64,000 nucleotides of DNA from positions 186,001-250,000 of the forward strand of contig MU057944.1 in the NCBI GenBank assembly GCA_013265495.1. The letters run 5' to 3'. Each line of letters starts with the position of its first letter. Position 1 is the stretch's first letter. Source of the stretch: Vicugna vicugna (taxonomy: Eukaryota). The notes under the pieces are model-generated. The model worked only from the letters and a program-made list of their open reading frames with translations, was not told where the DNA came from and searched no databases. Shown here in pieces: positions 10,600-21,379 of this stretch. Both the position numbers and the translations under genes were made by a program.

Positions 10600-10770
10600 T
10601 AGAACCTTCTGGAATGCTTCCACTCAGATGATTGCTTTGTTTAATGTTTACCACAGGCCTAGGAGACTGGTCTTGGCTCCATTTTCAGATAAACTCAGAG
10701 GTCACTTGTCCAGAGGTCAAATAGCTCGGAAGCGGGGGAGCCAGGACTGAGCCCCGGCTGGCTGACCCAG
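10600..10770 (-). mobile_element. MIR fragment
   Basis: ccattttcagataaactcagaggtcacttgtccagaggtcaaatagct. Confidence 0.65.
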
Positions 10771-11154
10771 ACCTGCCTGTCCCATCTCTGCCCCGCACCG
10801 CGCTTGCCCTCCTGCCGAGGGCTCAGCACTGGGCTGGCACTGGGCATCGGGTGTGAGCAGAACAGAGCCCCTGCCCTTGTGGAACCGACAGGCTGACTCC
10901 ATGGCTACATCCTTCTCCAGGAGCTGCGAGGGGATTGTGCCTCTGGGGGAGAGCAGGGAGGGCCCTACACGGAGTGGCCAGCTCACTGTGACCCATCCCC
11001 ACGTGGGAAACGAGGAAGCTCATTCGTGCTGGGGGCACGCCTGCCTCCGCTGCCATCCACCCCAGTGAGCCTGCTGGGCCCTGGGCTCCCTCTGTGTCAC
11101 CCACAGACTCCATAGACTCTGTTGTCCTCTCTTCCTGCAGGATGGAGCAGGGCA

Positions 11155-11355
11155 GGAGTTAAGACTGAGGGTGGGCACTGGAGCTCGACGGTCCACTTCA
11201 AACCCTGGCTCTGCCTGTTACTCCGTGTGACCTTGGTCAAGTCATGTAACTCCCGTGCCTCAACTTCCCCATCTGTAAAAGGCGGGTGATGCTGATAGAA
11301 CCTACTTCAGAGGGTTATTGTGAAAATTAAACTAGTTAAGGCAAGTAAAATGCAG
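11155..11355 (+). mobile_element. MIR
   Basis: ttcaaaccctggctctgcc..gtgtgaccttggtcaagtc..gtgcctcaacttccccatctgtaaaagg. Confidence 0.85.
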
Positions 11356-11819
11356 CAGAGCCCGGAGCAGAGACCTTGTGTTTGGAAAGTGTTAGTCAAG
11401 GAGTCACTGTCACTGTGATACACAGTGACTACAATGTTACTACCAGTGGGACCTTAGGCTTGCAAAGGCTGGACTTTACAAATCTGCCACTCACTGAGGG
11501 ACCTCAGAGGGCTCTTGGTCCCCCATTGCCTGTCCATGTGGTCCTTGGATGGTGCCCGACAGTCACAAAAAGTAAGTCTCTTCCTTTCTCTTCCTCCTCT
11601 CCCACCCCGACTCTGGGAGCTCACAAAAATTAAGCCAGGAGAGGACTTGTTACAAACTCGGGCTCTTCCCCGGGGCCAAGAGTGGTCGCCTCTCTTCTGC
11701 ACTGTGTGAATTCCTCCGTGGTCCCTACCACCACATCCTCCTCCGACTTCCTGGATACCACAGCTGAGCCGGCCACAAGACAGACCCATGGAGGCTGCTG
11801 TCCACTGGATGGTGGTTTG

Positions 11820-12200
11820 TTCTAATGAGCTGGTAGATCAGCAGGGAAATCAAAGTCTCTCCTGTGCCAGGTGGCCCTGCCCAGCTGATGCTGCTCCAAG
11901 TCTCAACGCAGGTGCAGGGCTGAGCTGTGCTCGCCAGGCCCCAGGCTCTGTCCTTTCCCCTTGGCATGTCTTTTGCCCTCTGTGCATGTTGCCTCCTTGT
12001 TACAATGTGGCTGCTGCAGCTCTAACCACAAGTCCACTTTCCAGGCAAGAAGGCAGAGAGGAGGAAAAGCTTTTTTTTCTTAAAGGGCAGTTCTCCTCAG
12101 GGACTTTGTCCTATATCTCACCAAACAGAACTGGGTCCCAGAGACAACTCTAGCTGCAAGGGAGGCTGGGAAATGGCATTTTTTGAATGCCGGGCACTCA
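11820..12200 (-). mobile_element. MLT1J-like LTR fragment
   Basis: atgtggctgctgcagctc..ccaggcaagaagg..cagaactgggtc..ctagctgcaagggaggctgggaaatg. Confidence 0.7.
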
Positions 12201-12959
12201 CTGCTCTTGCAAACAAAAGGAGACGCCCTGAAGAGGGGCAAGATCTGCCCCAGCCCCCTTTGCCGCCTGAGTAGGTGTGCCACACCCACCCTTGCCCTTG
12301 GAAAGAGGCGGGGCCTGCTGGGAGGGCCGCCCCTGTGGGCAGCATCACTGATAACTGGCAGCTTCCCCTGGGGCAGGAGAGCCACTGTCTCCCCAGCAAC
12401 GCTTACCTCCGGCTTCTATGGCCAGGAGCTCTGCTGAGTCTGTGGCTTTTTTAGCACCAGGCCCTTTCACCGCTCCCCGCCCCTCAGTGTCGGCAGTGAG
12501 ATACACAATCAATCTTTCCTTTTTTTTTGTGCTTTGGCACGGGCCAGTACAGTTTCCTCAGAAACGTGGCTCCTCCCCCAGCAGCTCTCCCGCCTCTGGC
12601 ACTGGGCTCCCTCCTGTCCGTGTGTCTGTGGGGCTGGTGCTGCACTGGGTGCTTAACAGACACCGCTTTCTTCTTTTCCCACTGGTGCCCCTAGACCAGC
12701 ACTGACCAGGAATTCCATGCCATGACGGGGTGGTCTCTGTGCGCTTGAAATGTAGCTGGTGCGGCTGAGGAACTGAGTTGTTCGCTGTGACTGATTTATA
12801 CTTACATAGCCACATGTGCCTGGTGGTGGCCTCACTGAGTGGTGCAGCTGTGGACCAGGGCAGGGACCCCTGTCCCGCCAAGGGCAAAAATGCATAATCT
12901 AGAAATGCATGATCTAATAGCATTCACCTAGATTCATGAAGAGTGAGTTTCTTTAAGGG

Positions 12960-13030
12960 CACTAATATTATGAAGGCCCAGAGAGGGACAGTGACTTGCC
13001 CAAAGTCACACAGCAAGGTAGTAATCCCTC
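12960..13030 (-). mobile_element. MIR fragment
   Basis: gaaggcccagagagggacagtgacttgcccaaagtcacacagc. Confidence 0.7.
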
Positions 13031-13697
13031 TGAGGCAGAAACCCACGTCTTCCAAATCACTGCTTCTGAGGAGTGTGGTTGCTCTCACCTGTGCAGAAGG
13101 GAAGGGGAGTTGTGGGCATGAGGGCGCACACAGCACTCCTTGTGCTCATAGCACATTTAAGTGCATGCACGTACGCCTCGTTCCCGTCACTCCCATTTCA
13201 CAGGTGAGGCCACTGAGGCCCAGGGAGGGGAAGTGCCTGTGACTGGTCCCAGGGCCGGTACATGGGCTCCAGCCTTGTGAGGCTCTCTGTGATTGCAGTC
13301 CCGGGTTGTCACCCATCTCTGCCCCTGGAAGATCTAGTCCAGCTGCGGCAGGTGCAGTTAGTAAGTTTGGACAAGCCTCTCTCTTTCCGTGGAGTTGTTT
13401 TTCCAGCCCGGTCTCTGAAGCCTTGGCTCCTACAGGTGCCGCACCTGGTATCCCGCCCTCCTGCTTGTTCCGGGCCTGAACTGAGGGGCGGGGCCTAGGT
13501 GTCATACGTATCAGCAAGGTGAGCCCAGGAAAAATCTGCCTTTTGCTGCTATTGGCTCAGGAGAAGGGCACCCAGCCCTAACTTGCTCTCTGCTCTCATC
13601 CAAGTGCAGGGTACAGGGGTGTTCTGTGCCTTCACCCCCTTCCTCCTATGAGATGATCTGGCCAGCCCTTTCTCATGATGCCCCACCTAATTGGAGG

Positions 13698-13906
13698 TAG
13701 GGTTGCTGAATAAAACACATCCCACACAGTTAAATTTGAATTTCAAATAAGCAACGAATAAATGTTTAGCATAGGTATGCCCCATGCAATATTTAGGACA
13801 CACTTATACTTAAAGTTATTTGTTGTTTATCTGAAGTTCAAATTAAACTGTGCACCGGCCAGAGAGGTGGGGATTTTGGTTTGTTTTGCTAAATCTGGCA
13901 ACCCTA
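13698..13906 (-). mobile_element. MER53 palindromic hAT MITE
   Basis: Ends TAGGGTTGC / TTGCTAAATCTGGCAACCCTA; internal inverted arms cacagttaaatttgaatttcaaataagcaacgaataa vs ttatttgttgtttatctgaagttcaaattaaactgtg (32/37 complementary). Confidence 0.85.
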
Positions 13907-14280
13907 AATAGGTGGCATTTTCCCCATGCAGTGTACCTGGCAACAGAGACCCAGAGAAATGAGAAGTCTTGCTCAAGGTCACAACAAGGCCGTGGTCAGT
14001 ACTGGATTTGAAGACAGGTCTCTTGGAATTTTCTGCCATCTGCATAGACAGTAAACAGCCTCAGGGGCTTCCTTGGGGCAGTTTGAGGAAGCCCAGACGT
14101 CAAGCCCCTAAAATCAAATTAAACAGAAACAACCCTGTCTTCCACTTGCCTGGTAACGTAAATGTAATTGGGGATGCTTAGCAGTCACTCACACCTTAGT
14201 GTGAAATAGACGTCTGGTGGCAGTTGAGTGGGAACAAGTGCTGGCAGGATGGGTAATTGGGAAGAACTGATGAAGAAGAG

Positions 14281-14642
14281 TGTCTTAGTCCATTCAGGCC
14301 TCTCTAACAAGAATACTGGGTGGTTTAGACACAACAGAAATTTGTTGCTCACAATTCTGGAGACCAGACGTCCAAGATCCAGGCACCAGTTGATTCTGTG
14401 TCTGGTGAGGACACTTCTGGTTCATAGACAGCTGTCTTTTGGCTGTGTCTTCACATGGTGAAAGGAACCAGGGAGCTAGCTCTCCGCAGTCTCTTTTACA
14501 AGAGCACTAGTCCCATTGATGAGGGCCCCACCCTCATGACCTCATCACCCCCCAAAGGCCCCACTTCCAGATACCATCATCACGTCAAGGATTAGGTTTC
14601 ACATAAGGATTCTTTGGGGACACAAACATTCAGTCCAGGACA
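14281..14642 (-). mobile_element. MLT1A/A0-like solo LTR
   Basis: Starts tgtcttagtccattcagg, contains ccaccctcatgacctcatcaccccccaaaggccccac, ends gacacaaacattcagtccaggaca. Confidence 0.85.
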
Positions 14643-14779
14643 AGGGACAAGAATGAAAATTCCAGTCTTGAGTACTGCTAGAGATGGCAGGCCAGGGCTG
14701 GAGGCACAGAGTGGTGGTCAGGGTGAAGACCTTTTGTAACCTGACCCAGTCACCTCTCTAGGCTTCCTCCTGCCCTTCC

Positions 14780-15065
14780 TTACCTCGTGCTGTTCACTGC
14801 TCACCCGGGTCCTCTGGCTTTCCAGCCTCCTTGCCTTTGCTCGTGCCGATGCCCCTGCTTACTGCCTCCCACCTCAGTCTTCCAAGGCCCATTTCCAATG
14901 TTCTTGTGCCCCGAGCAGATGGACCCCTGCTTTGTATCATGCTAACTTGTGTGTGCCGGCTCTACTCGCTTGAGACTTCTTGAGGCCAAGGGTGTTCCCT
15001 TCTTTCTGGACACGCTGCGCCAGGCCTGCCGTCTAGGCGGCCTGCAAATGTTTGTCTGGAATGAG
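14780..15065 (+). mobile_element. L2 3' fragment
   Basis: ccttgcctttgctcgtgc..cttcttgaggccaagg..aaatgtttgtctggaatgag. Confidence 0.5.
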
Positions 15066-16694
15066 GGCAGGGGAGGGGCAGACCTCGTGCTTTGCAGTTT
15101 TGCTAAGAGACTTGGACAGTTCCCAGCCTGCACTTGAGTCCGTCCACGTCAGAGCAGCCAGGAGCTCCCTGGTGGGAGGCCTGCCTCCCCGGGGTGTGCA
15201 CTGGGGCTCCTTCAACCCGTGTTCACTGTGGGGTCTGACAGCACCAGCCGAGGGCGGGACCCGTCCGTGACACTCCCCCGGGGGTCCCCAGTGCCTACAG
15301 CAGCAGCTGGCTTGGGGCCACTGCCCCTAAACTCTCACTGGGATGAGGGGCGGGAGGAGCGATGTGTCGTCACACAGTGTCCAGGGCATGTGAGGCCCCT
15401 CAGTGGATGAGACGGAGCAGGATGACAGGCCCGCTCCCGGGGAGCTGTGCCCGCGGGGCGTGCGGTGGTGGGTCTCCCACGTGAACGAGGGCTGTGGGGT
15501 GGGTTGTCCAAAGTGCTGCTCTGTTGGGCCGTGGGTGGGGGCCGCTTCCAGTCTCTGGACAGCAGGGCCGAGACCGCCAACAGGAAGGATTGTGTGAAGA
15601 AGGGAAGGAAGCTTGCTGGCGGCCCTGAGGTGGGATGAGTCGAGCACCTTCCAGGACTGAAAAGTCCCCCCAGGTGGCCTGCGGGGGCCTCACATGGGGC
15701 AGTCAGGCAGCTGACAGGCAGCCAGGGAGGGTGTTCAGCTCAGGAGTCGGCAGCGTGTGCGCTGCATCTTCAAGGGGCCTCAGGCTTCTGTGGGGATATT
15801 GGATGAAGGTTAAGGAGGAGCTGGGAAGGCGGGGAGGCCTCCTGTCATGCAGGTGGCAGCCGGACCCGGGTGGCCTCAAGGTGGTGGTAAGAGGAGGGCA
15901 AGGGGAAAGGGACCAGAGTCACGCCACCTTTTCCCAGGCCTCCAGGGGTGGAGGGACCCTCGCTCTGCTCCCCCTGCCCGTCCCTCCACCCCTGAACCTG
16001 GCTCTGCTGTCAGGTCCTGGATCTTCAAGGAGTGCAGATTGTAACCTCTAAGAGGGTCAGGCGCCTGGGGAGACGGCCTCCCCCGCCTCACCAGTAAGGA
16101 GCACTTGCTGTGAACCCTGAGCACATCCCGTGGACCAGGCCCCGTGTGAGGAGGGCCACCTCCTGTGTCTCCTTGGAGCCTCCCAATCCGAGGAGGATTA
16201 GACCCATTTTACAGAAGGGGCGTCTGAGGCTCAGAAGGGAAGGGGCTTGCTCATCCCACACTCCGGGTCAGTGAGGGAGCCAGACCGGGGACCCAGGGAC
16301 TGGGAAGCTGTGCTGCAGTCATGCCCCTCTGTGACCCTCACAGGCGAGGACTGCAACCCCACCCTGACCTGTGGCAGCAGGAGGCAGGGTGGTGTGGGGT
16401 GGAGGCTGTGTCACAGTGAGGCAGCGGCCACAGGAGGAACAGGGAAAGGGCATTGCAGGGGGTGGGCCCTGCACGGGCAAAGTCCCAGAGGCTTTGACGT
16501 CACAGAAAGAGGGACCAGCGTGGTGGGAGGGTGGGGCAGCGGGAGAGGGTGATTTGTGACCGTAGTGATGGAAGTCCAGACCAGATGCTCCTGGGCCTGC
16601 TTCCCTGAACATCTCAGAAGCCCCTTCAGTTGGTCTCTGAGCCAGGTAACTGTCTAGGCCTGGGTGTGCTCTGTCCTGCGTCACTGTCGCATCG

Positions 16695-16890
16695 AGTGTC
16701 CCTGGAGTCGACCAGGTCTGGGTTCAAATCCCACATCTGCTCCCTGCTAACCATAACGTTGGGAAGTTTATCTCTCCGAGCCTCAACTTCCTAATCTGTG
16801 AAATGGGGGTGAAGCCTCGTGCCTCTGGAGGTTTGGGTAGGATTTAATGAGGTCAAACAGATAAAGCGTCACTCGGCGTGCTGCTGGCTC
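16695..16890 (+). mobile_element. MIR
   Basis: ctgggttcaaatcccacatctgc..gagcctcaacttcctaatctgtgaaatgggg..ggatttaatgag. Confidence 0.85.
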
Positions 16891-17267
16891 GGGGTTACGG
16901 TATTGACCCCTACCAGCCTCCACCTCACTCCTGCCCCCCCGAGGGAGGGAGACCGCCGGCCATAGGAGTGGATGCTCTGGGCGCAGCCACAGCAGCAGTG
17001 GTGCCCTAGAGAGTGTGGCGGGATGCAGGGAGTGGGGTTGGGGGCGTCCCACCAGTGTGCTCTGCAGACTGTGGTTGGGGCCCAGGACCAGGGCGGGGGC
17101 TCCTTGCAATAAGATGATTTAGAGGTTTTCTTCCTGCACATAGTAGAAAAGACCCTCAGTGCACAGCAAACAGGAAAAGCCAAAGCACCTTTGAACTGTC
17201 TCCAGAAAAGCGAGCGCAAGCCAGCGTCCCCTGGTCCCTGCTCTAACCGCGTGTCCTTCTCCCCTAG

Positions 17268-17459
17268 CGCTCCTGCGGGAGGAAGTGTCTCGACTCCAGG
17301 AAGAAGTTCACCTTCTCCGGCAGATGAAGGAGATGTTGATGAAGGACCTGGAGGAGTCCCAGGGTGGCAAGTCCTCCGAGGTCCTCTCGGCCACCGAGCT
17401 CAGGGTCCAGCTGGCCCAGAAGGAGCAGGAGCTAGCCAGAGCCAAAGAAGCATTGCAGG
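17268..17459 (+). CDS. KAZN: Kazrin internal coding exon (exon 2 of long isoforms; carries the start codon of short isoforms), N-terminal coiled coil; 192 bp, phase 1-1
   Basis: Branch point CTAAC 17243-17247, pyrimidine tract and TAG acceptor ending 17267; donor CAG G|GTGAGT at 17459|17460. Translation (A)LLREEVSRLQEEVHLLRQMKEMLMKDLEESQGGKSSEVLSATELRVQLAQKEQELARAKEALQ matches human kazrin as I recall it (VLLREEVSRLQEEVHLLRQMKEMLAKDLEESQGGKSSEVLSATELRVQLAQKEQELARAKEALQ). Confidence 0.97.
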
Positions 17460-18424
17460 GTGAGTGACCAGTCGGCGATGACTCCCTCCCCTCTCTCTCT
17501 TGGGGCTCAGCTGGGGCCACAAAGGCCTCCGGGAACCAGGGTCCTGCCTCTGCAGAGGGAGTGGTGTGGACAAGGGAGTCTCCCAGCACCGAGCCCCCCA
17601 GCCCAGGCTGCCCATCTCTTTTGGAATGAAATCCCACGTCTTGCTGAGTTGGGGACAAATGTCATTCCCTCCTGCAGTCTGACCACCTCCCGTTCTCTGT
17701 CATGGCCAGTCATGGGGCGCCTCCCTTCAATACGTGAATGGCAGGTTGGCATCTTTGCTGGACCAGGATGCTGACCCAAGCAGCTGTATCACCTCTTTCC
17801 CAAGCAACCCTCAGGGTCCTGCAGTGCCTCCCCTCACAGGACAGTGTGGAGGTGCTGGGTTTTCTGCTGGAGGACACGTCTGTCCCCCTGTTTCACTCAT
17901 GTGCACCATGGTGTGCTCTCCAGGGGGACCTTGGGCCTCTTCTCATGTTGCTTGGTCTGGAGGAACTCCCTGCTAAGAAGTGCAGTGTCCAGCCCCTGAG
18001 TTACGGTCGGGGTAGAGGGGGCGGGTTGCAGGGGTGAGGAGTTGGGAGAGAAACTGCTTTAGGAGACAAAACCAGGGGGCCCACGTGTTCAGCTGCTCTC
18101 CTTAGAGCTGGGCTGGGATCTGGGTGGCTCACATCCCCATCTCTCCTAGGAGCCACCTGCTCATACGTTGTGTTTCAAAAGGGTATTTGAGAAAGGCTGG
18201 AAGCCATCTCCTGACAGTGCCCGGAGAACTCCGGCCTGATACATTGGGGGAGAAAATAGTTTTGAGGGTCTGCTTTGATCTCTTGAGCCCCTCTTAGCAT
18301 CTTTGATTCTTCAGGGAGGGCAGGGAGGAAGGTGATAAACCTTAGCAACCTCCTCTCCACTCACCGTCTGCTGGAATGGTAAATATTCTGAAGACTCTGT
18401 TTCTGAAGCCAAAGCAGGTTTATT

Positions 18425-18730
18425 ATGTAGGTTGCTTTGGGGCTGCTGTCACAAAGACCCCAAAACAGAGTGGCTTAAAGAATCTATTTGTCTCTCTCCT
18501 GTAACCATCCCCAGGGGGCCATTTCAGGGTGATGGGCATCTCTGGGCATCTTTGGCCTGTGAGAGACCCAGAGAAAGATCCGAAATTCAGGGCCAGAGAT
18601 TCCCTATGGCAACGGCGTGACCTTGCAGCTGCGCGTGGCCTTGCAGCTGCGCGTGGCCGCAGGGACTGCTGGGAAATGTAGTTTCTATCTGGACTGGAGG
18701 TGACGGGAGAGTGGATTTTGCTGGGCAGTG
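18425..18730 (-). mobile_element. Internally deleted MLT1 (I/J-like) LTR
   Basis: ggggctgctgtcacaaagaccccaaaacagagtggcttaaag at one end and gctgggaaatgtagtttcta at the other. Confidence 0.55.
18615..18658. repeat. 18-bp tandem repeat x2.4 (GCGTGGCCTTGCAGCTGC)
   Basis: Units 18615-18632, 18633-18650, partial 18651-18658; one mismatch. Confidence 0.95.
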
Positions 18731-19744
18731 AGTTGGCTCTGTGATCGTGGACTTCCCTGACCAGAGGTGTGACAGGAGCGTCAGAACACTCACACACTAG
18801 CTGAACCGGCTGTCTGTCCAGCCACCCACTAACCACCCCCCAGGAAGCCTGGGAAGTCGTCGAGCCCTCACCCAGGTGTCACAGCCCCTTCATGCATTCT
18901 TGGCAATACATTTTACTCTTAAAGGCAGGTGGACACTTTGTTTCCGCTGGGGCCACTCAGGCAGTGTTCTGGGTGGTCTCTTCAGGCTGTCGCGGGCAGA
19001 TGACATGGTTTATGGTCCAGCTGACGCCGCATGATCAGAAGTCACCATGCCAAGCATGCACGCTCTCTCTGCACAACCTCCCAGCCGTCTAGGCAGATCT
19101 CTGCGAGCCGCCCTCGACTCCCAGCTTCCCAGGAGCCTCGTAGCGTCTCCACCCTTCTCAGGAAGGAGACCCCGGTCTCGGGAATCTCCCACGAGGAAGT
19201 GTCGCTGGGCCTGGGGCCCTGTGACCTGACGTTCTTTGGTCTCGCCAAGCTTCGTGATCGGAGAGTCAGGGCTGCCCCAGGAAGCAGCCAAACGCTGTCT
19301 CAATAAGTACCTCCTTTGCTGGTGTTTATTCCAGGACAGAGAAGCCTGCCTCCCATGTCCCCGGCCAGGGAAAGAACTCTCACCCGTACACCCCATTCTG
19401 GACCTGTGAGGTGGAGGAGTGCCTTCTCTGCTGCTCCTGGAACAGATAGCCCCCTGTCTCCAGACCTCAGCGTCCTGTTCTGAGCGATGGGACAGTAACG
19501 GTGAATTACACGAGGTCACGCCTGTGAAGGCTGTTACCGCGAGGGGCATCCTGCTGTTTCGCCCACGGGGCACAGAGCCGTGCAGGCACTTCTTCCTAGC
19601 TGTGTGCTGTACCGTTTCTTGTGCATCACCAAAGGTCTTCAGGGCCTTGCTCAGGGTCCCAGAGATCCCCCTGATGGGGGAGCTCCTTTGTGAGAGCAAT
19701 AATCTCATCAGTGAGGACTTGTCAGCTTTTGTTAAAGGAAGGCT

Positions 19745-19895
19745 GTGTTAAGCACCTACTGTGTGCCAGCACCGTTCCAAGCACTTAGTCTACCATTTAC
19801 CCAGCCCTGTTAGAAGGTATTAACCCCTTTGACAGATGGAGGCTGCCGAATGAAGTTCAGGGATGTTAAGTAACTTGGCCAGGTTGACAGCTTTT
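19745..19895 (-). mobile_element. MIR
   Basis: ttaagcacctactgtgtgccagcac..gttaagtaacttggccaggttgacagct. Confidence 0.75.
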
Positions 19896-20024
19896 TAACA
19901 GCAGAGTCCAAAACTTTTTTCATTGCATCAAACACCTCATCTTCCCTCTGGATGAGGTCACTAGGGACAAAGTCAGCCTGCACAAGAGAGATGGGAGTCC
20001 CTTCTAGCTCAGTAATGGGGACAG

Positions 20025-20275
20025 CAGACTCCGGAATCTGATCTGGACTTGAATCCCAGCTCTGTGACTTACTAGCTGTGTGACTTGAGGTGAATTCCTT
20101 AACCTCTCTGAACCAGAGTTCCTTTGCAGAGGGTAACAATAACAGTACCTGTTTTCCTTATAACTGGGGCTAATGACTGTAGCTACTTTACAGAGTTGTC
20201 ATGAGAATTAAACAAGATACAAAGTGTTTGGCCCAGTGCCAAGTGCCATGAGTGCAAATACTTAGTGATTATCAG
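20025..20275 (+). mobile_element. MIR (near full length)
   Basis: ttgaatcccagctctgtgacttactagctgtgtgacttgag..cttaacctctctg..gagttgtcatgagaattaaa. Confidence 0.85.
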
Positions 20276-21139
20276 ATGAGAGGGGGCCTGGCAGACCTCC
20301 CTGGGTCTGCTTAGAGATGTGGGTCACCTGGTTCCCATTCGGGGTTGCCCCGACCTTAGACCCCCTGAGCCCATCTAAGCTCAAGGGAGCAGCATTCCCA
20401 AAAAGCAAGGAGGAGGGCACCTTCATGGGCCTCGAACTTCCTGCCTGGCGGTCTACAGAGTCATAAATAAGACACTTCCTCCCCAGCCACAGCGTGTGGT
20501 GAGTAAATTGCAGACAGATGTGAGCAGAAGGAGGCTGGGGCATGAAAAGGGATTTATATGCCCATAATGAGAAGGATGAGAATAAATGTATAAGCCGGGT
20601 GAGTGGCAGATGTTGGGTGACACTTGCTAGCACCCCTGCGGTGGGAAAATGCAGAGCCCCCAAAGGCTTCCACTCTGGCGGGTCCCCACCCTCCCACCAT
20701 CAGTCTTTGGTTTGGGGTTGGTTGAAACTGGGATTTTTCAGCACGTGAAAGGATTAGGAACCCAAGCAAACACCCGAAACATCAGTCCGTGGTTCCAACA
20801 TCAAAGCAATGAAAAGAATCAAGTCCAGGGAGAAGAGGGATTTAGAAGGTTCCTTAGTTTCTGTGGGGAAGAGTCTGGGGACGTGTGGTTCATGATTTGG
20901 GTCTCATCGTGAGTTTAAAGACAGAAGCCCTGAATGATTGTTTCATAACGAATGGTGTCGTTGCATGTATAAACTTACCCCAGAGTCCCAGGGTGACCCC
21001 CAGCCCTACACGTGTAATGAGCTTGTTGCCACGGGACCCTTTTGGGGTGTCTTGATTTCCCCAGGCCCCCTCAGTTTCACTGATCGCTCTGGGAATCAGG
21101 GCATTACAGAAACAATGATTGTGAAAATTTGCTTCTTCC

Positions 21140-21379
21140 CATTTTTAATCACTTAACGGCATGTCGAGTGTGTTGAGCATTTTCCCACAACAATAAAGAC
21201 TCCTTGAAAACATAATCTTTAATGACTGCGTAATGTTCTACCAAATGGAGGCACCATAATTTATTTAGCCACTTTCCTATTATTGGACATTTAAGTTGTT
21301 TCCAGTTGTTTCGTTTCTTTCTTGCTGTTATGTGAACACTACACATTAAGGTCTGTGTAAATCTGTGAGTTTTTTAGGA
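21140..21379 (-). mobile_element. L1M fragment (ORF2 C-terminal end / 3' region)
   Basis: Minus frame gives NWKQLKCPIIGKWLNKLWCLHLVEHYAVIK, the decayed L1 WKQPKCP..EWINKLWYIHTMEYY motif. Confidence 0.8.

Noticed and set aside
13407-13524. Cassette exon ending at AAG|GTGAGC (13518)
   Set aside because: Both plausible acceptors give non-triplet lengths (83, 112 nt) and lie in a MIR remnant.
17020-17044. G-quadruplex motif upstream of exon 2 (also 60303-60322 and others)
   Set aside because: G-runs are abundant throughout this GC-rich intron; no specific signal.
18615-18658. Short direct repeats (also 26711-26739) as a CRISPR-like array
   Set aside because: Head-to-tail slippage duplications without spacers in mammalian DNA; no cas genes.
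19010-19708. 232-aa minus-strand ORF and overlapping ORFs
   Set aside because: No domain, open in several frames because of GC content.
17460-20586. Intronic polyadenylation isoform ending ...ALQGE*
   Set aside because: Read-through stop exists (TGA 17465-17467), but the first AATAAA I found (20581) lies in a decayed MIR-like patch without a clear downstream U/GU element; nothing beyond chance.
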